A stretch of 64,000 bases of DNA, from the NCBI GenBank assembly GCA_963933835.1, contig CAWVVV010000001.1, positions 32,001 through 96,000 of the forward strand. Reading direction: 5' to 3'. This DNA is from an uncultured Puniceicoccaceae bacterium (lineage in GTDB: Bacteria; Verrucomicrobiota; Verrucomicrobiia; Opitutales; Oceanipulchritudinaceae). The notes under the pieces were generated by a model, which was not told where the DNA came from, searched no databases, and was given only the letters and a program-made list of their open reading frames with translations. This document shows, one piece after another, positions 53,458 through 63,134 of this stretch (position 1 is its first letter; each line of letters opens with the position of its first letter). The position numbers and the translations under genes were made by a program.

Positions 53458-56400
53458 ATGCCTTCGTCGCACGCCTCGACTCATCCACTGCCCTACGATC
53501 CAAACACCCTCCCGAGGGAACTGAAGCGTCATTACATTCCTGCTACAGAGGAAGATCTCGCAGCCATGCTCGCAAAATGTGGGGTCGACGATCTCGCCCG
53601 CCTCTTTGGGCATATTCCAGAAGCCGCCCGCTTCAGCGCCGCCCCCGACCTCCCCGAGGAGCTGAGCTACGACGACCTGCAGGAGCGCATGGCCGGCCTC
53701 GCGGCCAAAAACGCAATCAAGCCCTCCTTCATCGGCGACGGCCTGCCCGACTACGCCGTCCCGGAGATCGTTCCTTTCGTTGCTGACATTCGGCCGCTCA
53801 CCACTGCCTACACCCCTTACCAGCCCGAGCGCTCCCAAGGCACCCTCATCACGCACTGGATCTACCAATGCGTCATGAGCCAGCTCACCGGCTTCGAAGC
53901 GATCAACAGCTCCCTTTACGACCGATCAACCGCCATTTTTGAAGCGATTTGCGCCGCCATTCGTCTCACGAGTAAGGCGGACACCGTTCTCATTCCCGAC
54001 GCCCTCTACCCCGGCGACCTCGAGGTCATCCAGACCCTCGTCGAAGGCACTGATATCCAGCTCGTCACCCAACCGCTCGACGCCACCACCGGCTGCATCG
54101 ACCTCGTTGCCCTTGAGCGCAAAGCCCGCGAACTCGGCCCTGCCCTCGCCGCCATCGTTTTCCCCCAGGTCAACACCCTCGGCCTGCTCGAAGATGTCGA
54201 TGCCCTCGCCGACCTTTGCCGCGAGCTTGGCACCCGCAGTGTCGCCGTGATCGACCCGATGCTCCTCGCCACCGGTGGGCTCAAGCCACCGACCGCCTTT
54301 GGCCAAAACGGAGCCGACATGATCGTGGGCGAAGCCCAACACCTCGCTATCGCTCCAAACTTTGGGGGGCCCGGCCTCGGCCTCTTTGGCGTGCGTAACA
54401 ATTCCGCGGTGAAAAACGACATCCGCCAGACCCCAGGGCGCTATGTCGGCAAGGCCCACGATGGCGAAGGCCGCGAATGCCTCGTCATGGTCCTCAGCAC
54501 CCGCGAGCAACACATCCGCAAAGATCGCGCCACGAGTAACATCTGCTCGAACCAAGCCTTCCTCGCCACCCTCGCCGGAGCCGCTGTGCTCGCCCGTGGT
54601 GAAGATGGCATGGCCGCCGCGATCAAGAGCGCCCGAACCAGCGCACTCGAAGCCGCCAACGCCCTCACTGCCATCGATGGCATTACCCTGGCGTTTCCCG
54701 ATGCGCCCTTCTTCAACGAGCTCATCCTTGAAGTGCCTTGCCCCGCCACCGACCTCATCGAAGCCGCGCGCCAAGCAGGCATTCATCTCGGCGTCGATGC
54801 CAGCGAGCGTATCGCCGGAGAACGCCAACTCCTCAAACTCAGTTTTCACGATCACAACCACAGCATCGAAGGTGTATCGAGTTTCCTCTTACAGCACCTC
54901 AATTCCTCTTCCTCGACTCCAACGGATGCCAACGAAGTCCCGAGCGCATACCTTCGTCAAGATACCGCCGGATTGCCTTCATTCTCCACTCAAGAGTTAA
55001 AAACCTACTACACTGAGCTCGGCACGCTCAATGTCAGCCCGGACGACGCCTGCTACCCGCTCGGCTCCTGCACGATGAAGTATAATCCCTTCATCAACGA
55101 CTGGGCCGCCGCCCTCCCCGGTTTCACCGCCACCCACCCGCAGGCTCCCACCGCCGATGTGCAAGGCAATCTTGAACTCCTCTACGACATCCAAGAGTGG
55201 TTCAAAAGGATCACTGGCCTCGCGGGGGTTACGACACAGCCTGTGGCTGGCGCTCAAGGTGAGCTCGTCGGGATCAAACTCTTTCAAGGTTACTTCCGCG
55301 ATAAAGGGGATACCCAGCGCGATGTCATCCTCATCCCCGCCAGCGCCCACGGGACCAACTTTGCCACCGCGATCATGGCAGGCTTTAAGCCCAAGCCTCA
55401 CGCCGGTGGCGGACCAAAGGGCGGTATCGTTCTCCTCGAAGCCGGGCCCGACGGCCAGATCGACTACGCTGACTTTGAGGCCAAGTGCACCACCTACGGC
55501 ACACGCATCGGCGGGGTGATGATCACTAACCCTAACACCAGCGGCCTCTTCGAAAACCGCTTTGCCGACATCTCCCAGCGCATCCACGACCTCGGCGGGC
55601 TCGTCTATATGGACGGCGCGAACATGAACGCCATCGCAGGCTGGATCGACCTCAACGCCATCGGCGTCGATGCCGTTCACAACAACCTGCACAAGACCTG
55701 GACCATCCCCCACGGCGGCGGCGGACCCGGTGATGCTATCGTAGCGGTGAGCGAACGCCTCCTTCCTTTCCTTCCGGGAATGCAGATCCAAAAACTGGAT
55801 ACAGGCTACGAACCCGTCCGCGCGCCCAAAACGATTGGCAGCTTTCACCGTCACTGGGGCAACTTCGCCCACAAGATCCGCGCCTTCAGCTACCTTCTCA
55901 GACTCGGCAAAGCGGGTGTCCCGCGTATGTCAGCTGTCGCGACCCTTTCCGCCTGCTACTGCCACGCTCAGCTCGATGACGTCTATGCCGCCCTCCCAAG
56001 TGGAGATGCCGTTGGCGCCCGTCTACACGAGTTCATCCTTACCCTCGACGAAGAAGATTTCGCGCGGCTCGAAGCCGTCGGTGTACCCCGCGCCCTCGCC
56101 ATCACCCGCGTCGGCAAGCTCTTCCTCGATTTCGGGTTCCACGCCCCCACCGTCGCATGGCCCGAAACCTTTGGGCTTATGATCGAGCCCACCGAGAGCT
56201 ATACGAAGAGCGAACTCGACCGCTTCTGCGAAGCCGTGCGCGCAATCAAGCGCATGCTCCGCGAACACCCCGAAGTCCTCACCCTCGTTCCACTCTTTAC
56301 CCCCGTCGACCGGATCGACGATGTCTCCGCCAACCGCAAACTCGTCCTCAACGAGCGCTTGGCTGATCTTCCTGCTTTCCACCCCAATCGCCTCACCCCA

Positions 56401-56490
56401 AGTGAGATTGCCGACCTCACGATCGACGAAATCTACGACCGCATCGTCGCTGCTGCCGAAACCACCCTCGCAACCACCAGCTCCAGCTAG
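53458..56490 (+). CDS. gcvP: Glycine decarboxylase P protein (GcvPA-GcvPB-type fusion)
   Basis: TAYTPYQPERSQG, REQHIRKDRATSNICSN, YPLGSCTMKYNP, NLHKTWTIPHGGGGPG, IEPTES. Confidence 0.95.
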   Translation: MPSSHASTHPLPYDPNTLPRELKRHYIPATEEDLAAMLAKCGVDDLARLFGHIPEAARFSAAPDLPEELSYDDLQERMAGLAAKNAIKPSFIGDGLPDYAVPEIVPFVADIRPLTTAYTPYQPERSQGTLITHWIYQCVMSQLTGFEAINSSLYDRSTAIFEAICAAIRLTSKADTVLIPDALYPGDLEVIQTLVEGTDIQLVTQPLDATTGCIDLVALERKARELGPALAAIVFPQVNTLGLLEDVDALADLCRELGTRSVAVIDPMLLATGGLKPPTAFGQNGADMIVGEAQHLAIAPNFGGPGLGLFGVRNNSAVKNDIRQTPGRYVGKAHDGEGRECLVMVLSTREQHIRKDRATSNICSNQAFLATLAGAAVLARGEDGMAAAIKSARTSALEAANALTAIDGITLAFPDAPFFNELILEVPCPATDLIEAARQAGIHLGVDASERIAGERQLLKLSFHDHNHSIEGVSSFLLQHLNSSSSTPTDANEVPSAYLRQDTAGLPSFSTQELKTYYTELGTLNVSPDDACYPLGSCTMKYNPFINDWAAALPGFTATHPQAPTADVQGNLELLYDIQEWFKRITGLAGVTTQPVAGAQGELVGIKLFQGYFRDKGDTQRDVILIPASAHGTNFATAIMAGFKPKPHAGGGPKGGIVLLEAGPDGQIDYADFEAKCTTYGTRIGGVMITNPNTSGLFENRFADISQRIHDLGGLVYMDGANMNAIAGWIDLNAIGVDAVHNNLHKTWTIPHGGGGPGDAIVAVSERLLPFLPGMQIQKLDTGYEPVRAPKTIGSFHRHWGNFAHKIRAFSYLLRLGKAGVPRMSAVATLSACYCHAQLDDVYAALPSGDAVGARLHEFILTLDEEDFARLEAVGVPRALAITRVGKLFLDFGFHAPTVAWPETFGLMIEPTESYTKSELDRFCEAVRAIKRMLREHPEVLTLVPLFTPVDRIDDVSANRKLVLNERLADLPAFHPNRLTPSEIADLTIDEIYDRIVAAAETTLATTSSS

Positions 56491-56519
56491 GGGCAGAAAA
56501 TAGCTTTAGTTGAAGGTGT

Positions 56520-56905
56520 CTTAACCACGGATGAACACAGATAGACACTGATCTGATCAACTGATGTTCTCTCACAGAGGCACAGAGCACACAGAGAAAA
56601 CGCCTCTTCCTCCACGTCCTCCTGTTCAAAAAGATCCAGAGCATCTAGCTTTTGTGCCCTTCTGTGCTTTCTGTGGTACTGATCCAATGCCATCCGTGTC
56701 CATTCGTGGTTAAACTTACAGAGCCCAAGCTATCCTGTTCATCCTACCTGCCATGAGCCTGCCTAATGTGTTCCTCATCCTCATAATCATCCTCCTCATA
56801 ATCCTCCCCTTACAAAGCCCAAGCCTTCGTGCTCTTCGTGTCCTCTGTGGTTAAATCTTACAGAGCCTAAGCATTTTGTGCCCTTTATCTGCCTTTGGTT
56901 GCTCC
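56520..56905. repeat. Intergenic array of short periodic repeat modules with three copies of a 16-nt linker
   Basis: CTTACA(G/A)AGCC(C/T)AAGC at 56715-56730, 56809-56824 and 56857-56872; modules include AACCACGGATGAACACAGAT, CACAGAGGCACAGAGCACACAGAG and CTTCGTGCTCTTCGTGTCCTCTGTGGTTAAA. Confidence 0.8.
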
Positions 56906-57266
56906 AACCCAGTATAGAGTCAAAGCATTCGTTTCTGGTCTTGCCTTCAGGCCGGCAGGCCCCTCATCTTGGAGACGTGCTTTCCCGTTCCTTTTTGAGC
57001 ACGCGCTTATCCTCTATACCTCACCCAGCAACCCAGCTTCAACACTGCCCGACCAAGGGAGGCAGTATTATTGCAATCAAAGCCTACCTAACGAACGCCT
57101 CCCTCAGAGTTTCCGAAAACACAATTTCCAAGAATTCAGATGAAAGAATATCAAAAGGCACTTCGCTCACTAAGACGCAATCTTGCGGCGACCCTTTTAT
57201 TTGCGCTACTTCTTCCATTCGCCGCCTACGCGCTAGTCAGCGTGTAAAACAGAACGGCCACGGTAT

Positions 57267-58244
57267 ATGATCATCCCTGACTTCAAGCCCTTCACGGGCG
57301 ATCATTGCGAGAGCGCTGCGATCGGCAATCTCTTGAAACATGGCGGCCTAGAGCTCTCGGAGCCCATGCTCTTCGGCATCGGAGCAGGCCTTGGCTTCAT
57401 CTATTGGAAGATGAAAACGATGCCGGTTCCCTTTCTCGGTGGAAGGACGAAGCATCTAGCCCAGAACATCTGCGCGAATCTCGACATTCATATGGATGAG
57501 CGGGAGACGACTTCCCACGCAAAAGCATGGAGGAATGTCGCCGAGCATTTGGACGCGGGGACGCCCGTTGCCTTGCAGCTCGATTGCTTTCACTTGGACT
57601 ACTTCAAAAAGAAGATCCATTTCGCTGGTCACTATGTAGCCATCTATGGATACGATGCAACGGATGCCTACCTGGTCGACACACGCCCCAATGGACCCGC
57701 GGCAAAGACCTCACTAGAGAGTCTAGAAAAAGCCCGATGTGAGAAAGGTCCGATGTCTGCGAAGAATAGATCACTGAGTGTTTCATTCAAGGCAGCCGAT
57801 CTCGATATCGATGCCGCTATTCTGCGGGGGATCCGGAACAATGCGGATGAGTTCCTCAATCCGCCGATCACAAATTTGGGTTACAAAGGAATCAAGAAGA
57901 CGAGCACAGAGATCTTGAAGTGGTATACTTCAAGCACCGATCTGAGAGGCGACTTTTCCCACGCTGCGATGATGATGGAGAAGGCAGGAACCGGAGGAGC
58001 GATCTTCCGTAACCTGTATCGAGATTTCCTCAAAGAGGCGCATGAAAGACTCCGTTTAGACTGCTTGATTGAGGCACATGAGCGCTTCGCTGTCATTGCC
58101 GCGAAATGGTCCCAAGTTTCTGATTCGTTCATCCAAATTGCAGAGACGGAATCTAAGGCGCCTCTCTTTGCTGCTTCAGAGCTCCTTGCGGAGTTGTCGG
58201 TCCTAGAGCAGAGCGCGATGCAGGACCTATCAGACGCGATCTAA
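57267..58244 (+). CDS. BtrH N-terminal domain / DUF4872 protein (papain-like fold)
   Basis: GDHCES, LSEPMLFGIGAGLGFIY, HFAGHY, MEKAGTGGAIFRNLY. Confidence 0.85.
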   Translation: MIIPDFKPFTGDHCESAAIGNLLKHGGLELSEPMLFGIGAGLGFIYWKMKTMPVPFLGGRTKHLAQNICANLDIHMDERETTSHAKAWRNVAEHLDAGTPVALQLDCFHLDYFKKKIHFAGHYVAIYGYDATDAYLVDTRPNGPAAKTSLESLEKARCEKGPMSAKNRSLSVSFKAADLDIDAAILRGIRNNADEFLNPPITNLGYKGIKKTSTEILKWYTSSTDLRGDFSHAAMMMEKAGTGGAIFRNLYRDFLKEAHERLRLDCLIEAHERFAVIAAKWSQVSDSFIQIAETESKAPLFAASELLAELSVLEQSAMQDLSDAI

Positions 58245-58254
58245 ACGGCGGTGA

Positions 58255-59019
58255 TCAGGATTCACCCTGGGGGAGATGAAATTGTCTTTCTGGAGCCACT
58301 GCCAAGACCTCTTCGAGGGCGCGTATACGGGGCAATATAATCCCTACTTGAGTCGCCTTTGCCTCGGGCGGTAGATCCATTAACCACTCGCAATACCATG
58401 CGTAGGCGACTTCTGGTTCTCCCACTTTTCGCATCAGTTCAGCGTAAATGCGCGCGGTGAAGAGGGGCGCACCGGGTCGATCCCATGCGGCCCTAAAGGC
58501 GGCGGCGGCTGACCTCGGGTCGTGCAAGACGTGGAGGCGAATCATCCCCTCCTCGAGCTGCACGCGGTAATCATCGGGAAACTGTTCGGCGGCAGCACTT
58601 AGCCAATGAATCGCCTCGTTGGCATCGAAGGCGCGAACCCTCGCCTCCTCGACATCGCTGGCAGCGGTCGAGGCGAGTTCCCAACGAGGAAAATCATACG
58701 CCATCATCCGTGCCCCGTTGCTCCAGAAAAACCATTTATTGGGGTCGACCGACACCGCGAGCTGGAACTTCGCTTGCACGGCTTCGATATCGCGAGCCTC
58801 CCAACTCCCATAAGCGGAGAGCCAGAGGTAGTTGGCAACTGCCTGACGCAGGGCACCCAAGACCGCGAACGAAAGGCTAGGATTTAGATCAGCGAGCTCG
58901 AAGCTGACTCGGGAGGACTCGCTAGACTTCGACACAAGCGGACGCGACGCCCAGCCAAGTATCAGACAAACGAGAACGCAGGCAACGGCTCGACCTGCAG
59001 TTGATCTCAAGAGTCTCAT
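58255..59019 (-). CDS. Membrane-anchored TPR-like protein (PilG-like partner of the ABC transporter)
   Basis: N-terminal TM helix, LGALRQAVANYLWL, AVSVDP, helical repeats; ATGA overlap with the permease stop. Confidence 0.65.
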   Translation of the reverse strand: MRLLRSTAGRAVACVLVCLILGWASRPLVSKSSESSRVSFELADLNPSLSFAVLGALRQAVANYLWLSAYGSWEARDIEAVQAKFQLAVSVDPNKWFFWSNGARMMAYDFPRWELASTAASDVEEARVRAFDANEAIHWLSAAAEQFPDDYRVQLEEGMIRLHVLHDPRSAAAAFRAAWDRPGAPLFTARIYAELMRKVGEPEVAYAWYCEWLMDLPPEAKATQVGIILPRIRALEEVLAVAPERQFHLPQGES

Positions 59020-59819
59020 GCGAGCTCTCGCTTGGAAAAAGTCCACGCACCGAGGGACAAATACGCTGTTACATATAGCAGGCTATAACCCAACAATGAA
59101 CCACTATTTCCAAAACCATCCCCCGCTAAGACGTCAGCGCCATCGAGCCCAAATGCACCGAGGTTTGGAACAAGGAGTAGAACACTTTGCCACACAATGA
59201 CAGGCATCCCTGATGGCACACCCTCATACGCAGCAGCGGTCGGCATGATCTGTCCTGAAAAAACGAATACAAAAGCTAGCGTAACAACGAACAAGTTCCC
59301 CCGAGCAAAGCTACCAAGGAAGAAAACAAAAGAAGCAATGATCCAAAGCCGGGCGACTTGAAGCAATGATGCCTCAAAAAGCCCAAGGAAGAGACTCGCA
59401 ACGCCCTGCGCACCGTCCGACTGCCACAGAAGAATCACCGCGAGCACACTGTTCATCGCGACGACAAAAACGGCTAATACACCCGCTAGGCCAAACCACT
59501 GGCCGACAAAATACGTTCCACGGTTTACGGCGCGACTCAACACCGGAAGACACAGCTTCCCATCCATTTCGGCAAACCAGCGATAACCGGGAAGCATCAC
59601 CGCTAAGATGGAGCCAAAGATCAAAATCAGCCCAAAGCTGAAGTCTGCCAAAAAGCCCTGCGGATCTGTCCCGAACTCAAAAGATTGAAAAAAGAACGAC
59701 GCACCTAAAAGCAACGACGCCAAGACACCAACGACGCTGAATACGCGCTCGCGCAGAGAAGCTCGCCAAGACATCGCCACCACTGTCTTAAAGGCACGAA
59801 AGCTCGATACTTGATTCAT
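59016..59819 (-). CDS. ABC-2 type permease (PilI-like)
   Basis: About six TM helices, VLSRAVNRGTYFVGQWFG, C-terminal FSKREL. Confidence 0.85.
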   Translation of the reverse strand: MNQVSSFRAFKTVVAMSWRASLRERVFSVVGVLASLLLGASFFFQSFEFGTDPQGFLADFSFGLILIFGSILAVMLPGYRWFAEMDGKLCLPVLSRAVNRGTYFVGQWFGLAGVLAVFVVAMNSVLAVILLWQSDGAQGVASLFLGLFEASLLQVARLWIIASFVFFLGSFARGNLFVVTLAFVFVFSGQIMPTAAAYEGVPSGMPVIVWQSVLLLVPNLGAFGLDGADVLAGDGFGNSGSLLGYSLLYVTAYLSLGAWTFSKRELA

Positions 59820-60676
59820 TCGTTACCCTCCTTAGATGCTTCACGAAGAAAGGCCAAAAAGCGCGCTTCAAGCGTTGGGCGCTGGACACTCGATGATGCG
59901 AGCGACACACCCTCGGCACCCAAAAGTTCGGCAACCCGATCGCTCTTAGAAGGATCAAATCCTTCGACCGATAAAGTGTGTGCCCCTGTAGGTTGGAGCA
60001 ACGCGTCGATCCGACCACTCATTGCCACCCGCCCGCGGTGGAGCAACGCCACGCGATCACACAGCGTCTCAGCGAGCGGTAGCAGGTGCGTCGATAGGAG
60101 GATTGTTTTCCCCTCTCCTTTAAGACGCTTGAGAAGACCCGCAAAGGCCTCCACCGCCTCCGGATCAAGCCCGCTGGTTGGCTCATCCATAATCACGAGC
60201 TCGGGGTCGCCCAAGAGTGCTTGAGCGATAGCGAGGCGCTGAAGCATGCCTTTGGAAAAACCGTCTAAGCGGCGATCGAGGACTGTTTCGAGACCCGCCT
60301 GCTGTGCAACCCGTTCGACTTCAGCCTTTGCCTTCAATCGCGGCAGACCAGCAAGGCTCGCCTGCCAAGTGAGCACTTCCTTCGCTTTTGCGAAGGGATG
60401 AAAAAAGGGGCCGTCTGGCACATACCCCACCCGACGGCGCGCGATCGCTAGATGCCCGGCTGATCCAGCGAGAGAAAAGCTATCTTCATCGGGCGAAACA
60501 AAGCCGAGGAGGATTTTTATAAGGGTTGTTTTCCCGGCTCCATTCGGACCTAGGAGTCCAAAGATTTCGCCTGTTTGAACCTCAAGCGAGACCCTATCGA
60601 GCGCTCGCTGCCAGCCACCATTCGGCAGTCTAAAGCGCTTTCTCAGCCCAGAACAGCTGACGGGCGAGCGACTCAT
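59816..60676 (-). CDS. ABC transporter ATP-binding protein (PilH-like)
   Basis: GPNGAGKT, FSKGMLQR, IMDEPTSGLDP, STH. Confidence 0.95.
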   Translation of the reverse strand: MSRSPVSCSGLRKRFRLPNGGWQRALDRVSLEVQTGEIFGLLGPNGAGKTTLIKILLGFVSPDEDSFSLAGSAGHLAIARRRVGYVPDGPFFHPFAKAKEVLTWQASLAGLPRLKAKAEVERVAQQAGLETVLDRRLDGFSKGMLQRLAIAQALLGDPELVIMDEPTSGLDPEAVEAFAGLLKRLKGEGKTILLSTHLLPLAETLCDRVALLHRGRVAMSGRIDALLQPTGAHTLSVEGFDPSKSDRVAELLGAEGVSLASSSVQRPTLEARFLAFLREASKEGNE

Positions 60677-60963
60677 ACTAAGCCAGGAACGATGATGAAG
60701 TCCTTGAATCGAGGCGCACCCGTACCCCAGCCTTCTTCGGTTTGGGAGATGAGACTGCTGAGTGAATCTTTCACCTCGGCGAGGAAGGCCTCGAGCTCTA
60801 CCTGCTCGCCTTCGCCTTCAAGCTGCACGCGGCCATCCGCCATGTTTGCGACTGTTCCAGTAACAATAAATCCACGAGCGACCTGTAAGACCCCATGGCG
60901 AAAGCCGACTCCTTGGACATGCCCTGAAAAATACACTGAGATGCGGCTAATAGACGTCCTCAT
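60673..60963 (-). CDS. acyP: Acylphosphatase
   Basis: SGHVQGVGFR, GTVANMADGRV. Confidence 0.92.
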   Translation of the reverse strand: MRTSISRISVYFSGHVQGVGFRHGVLQVARGFIVTGTVANMADGRVQLEGEGEQVELEAFLAEVKDSLSSLISQTEEGWGTGAPRFKDFIIVPGLV

Positions 60964-61153
60964 TCCGGAAATTCTGCATGGGGAAGCCATCAAATCGAGT
61001 CGAAACAAGACTCTAGGGAGCGTTTTTATATTCGGGCGCCCATCGAGCCTACCAAAGCACTACCGCTGAAACGGCTGTTTTAATCAATTTTCTGCATTGC
61101 TTTACGTTCTGAGCGATTCAAGCATTATTAGTGGAAAGGGGTTTTGACGGAAA

Positions 61154-61843
61154 ATGAGTAGCTTTAACTACGACAGTGGTTCTGAGGGCGAATGGGAAGA
61201 CAGGGGAGAAGTCTCTTGGAATGAGTTCGACTGGCAGCAGTTCCTTCTTCGCCAGCATAAAGAAACCTCCCGCTTCATCTCGTTCTACGAGCAAAACTTG
61301 AGCCGTCCTGATCGTCTCGATCATGTTGCTAGCTTAATGGGTTGGGAGCGCGAAGACTGGTCCGTTGGCGAAGGATTTGACGACGAGGATGAAAGAAAGC
61401 AATCCGAGTCCAAGGATGAAGAGGGCCTTCGGGAGTCTGATCCATACACTTTACACCGTCACCCAGTTTATGTCGTGACGGCAGGTCTCATCATGCAAAC
61501 ACGCTTCTTCTGGGAAGCTGCCTTCGCGCAAGAGGGCACCACCCTGGGAACACAGTTTGCATGGCGCGCCTCATCGACCACCGCGATGATCGAACGCCAG
61601 ATCATCCTCATGATCCAAGCCGTCGACATGGGAGACTTCCTCCTCGCCGTCTGCCACGGAAAACTCGGTCTGCGTGCACTGAACGAAACTCTCGCACTCG
61701 TCGACGACCTGCCGAGCGATGGCGAGACTGCACATTTCACCGAAGCGATGCGTATCCGGCTTTTTGATACGCGGGAAGTCTGTTTGCGTGTGATGACTGA
61801 CTGCCGCGAGGAAGACCGTAGAGGCTTCCGCGACTCTGACTAG
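61154..61843 (+). CDS. Hypothetical acidic, helical protein
   Basis: Clean ORF; WNEFDWQQFL and DHVASLMGW; no function recognised. Confidence 0.7.
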   Translation: MSSFNYDSGSEGEWEDRGEVSWNEFDWQQFLLRQHKETSRFISFYEQNLSRPDRLDHVASLMGWEREDWSVGEGFDDEDERKQSESKDEEGLRESDPYTLHRHPVYVVTAGLIMQTRFFWEAAFAQEGTTLGTQFAWRASSTTAMIERQIILMIQAVDMGDFLLAVCHGKLGLRALNETLALVDDLPSDGETAHFTEAMRIRLFDTREVCLRVMTDCREEDRRGFRDSD

Positions 61844-61845
61844 CG

Positions 61846-63133
61846 ATGTCGATCTGCTCTCGCCTCCGCAGGGGGGCTGCTCCGGATCTACTTCCTTCTC
61901 TGCCCGCTTCTGCTCGCAGCGGAGACCACCCTCAAGTTTTGGCGCATTGCGTACACCACTCAGGATGAGGTTGCGGTTGTTGCTCAAACCCAGGGTGAAG
62001 GAACCCTCTCGCTCGAGCTTTTCGAAACAAACCGAGGTGCTAGTACAACACAGGCTCAAAGCGACGGCCAATCGCCTGTTGTGCTCAAAATTGGTGGACT
62101 CACGCCCAACACGCACTACCGGCTTACCCTGAGGGATGAAGACGGCAACACGATCGACGAGCGTTCGACCGCGACCGCTCCCCTTCCCCGAACCGATGAC
62201 ACGATCAAAATGGTCTTCGCCGGTGAAATTCCGACGCTAGACGATCAGTCCTCCCTCGCTCTCTTTTCGGCTGCAACTCAAGTGAGCGAGCCCGATCTAG
62301 TTTGCTGGCTAGGTAATGGTCTCAGTTCGGATGGCTTGAGGTGGACAAGTGGAAGTGCCTACCGAAATGCTGCTCTTGCGTTTGCTCAGACCGAGGCGCT
62401 CAGCCTCCTCGGCAAGGCCTATCCGCAACTGCACGTATTCAGCCCAACAGACTATGGACCGCTCGGAAGTAGCCGCCACTGGAGTGGACGGACGATCGCC
62501 CTACAATCCTACCGTGATTTCTGGCCGGCACCACTCCAACCCTTTCCAGAGGTTCCAGGTATTTACCAGATGCGCTATGGCGATGTGGAGTTCTTCGCCT
62601 TAGATCCACTCTCTCAACGGGATGGCTTTGAAACCCCGGCTGCCAGAGCAACGGTCTTTTCCAGAGAGCAACTCGATTGGCTCGTCAATGCCCTCGCCAC
62701 TAGCGATGCGACCTTCAAGCTCATTCTCTCGCCGATGAGCCTGCTTCATCCGAGAAGCGACGAAGCCTCTCTAGCTCACTACAAGCGCGCCAAAGAAGAC
62801 TTTCACCGGGCGCTTCGCGAACCACCAACTGAAGGCATTCTCATCGTTTCTGCGAGCGATGGCCCAGGCGAGCTGACTCGCTCCGTTCGTCCCGACGGCT
62901 ATCCACTTTTCGAATTGAGCGTCAGACATCTCATTCATCTCTCTGAGCTTCCAAAGATGTATCCAGAAGATAACTACTTCCGGGTCCCTGGAACGCTCGT
63001 TCGCGAACCACACTACACTTCGCTCACAGCCTCAGGAGAGCTCAATTCCAGGCAGCTCACAATCAATTTTCACCGATTAGACAGCAGCGTCATCCGCAGC
63101 GAGTCCGTCTCAGGGCGCGACCTTCGAGACTGA
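61846..63133 (+). CDS. Secreted PhoD-like protein with a degenerate metal site; 5' end frameshifted in a G6 tract at 61871-61876, or a CTG start
   Basis: FN3-like GLTPNTHY, PDLVCWLG, DYGP, YGDVEFFALD, EQLDWL, SDATFKLI; signal peptide upstream in the same frame. Confidence 0.7.
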
Positions 63134-63134
63134 T

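Noticed and set aside
53926..55872. Long antisense ORFs (311 and 291 aa) opposite gcvP, and similar shadow ORFs elsewhere
   Set aside because: Expected by-product of codon bias in GC-rich genes; no motifs, and fully overlapping a confident gene
56715..56872. Three 16-nt direct repeats as a CRISPR array
   Set aside because: Repeats are too short, spacers are unequal (78 and 32 nt) and themselves repetitive, and there are no cas genes
56878..57270. 130-aa ORF upstream of the BtrH-like gene
   Set aside because: Begins in repeat DNA, atypical composition, no recognisable domain
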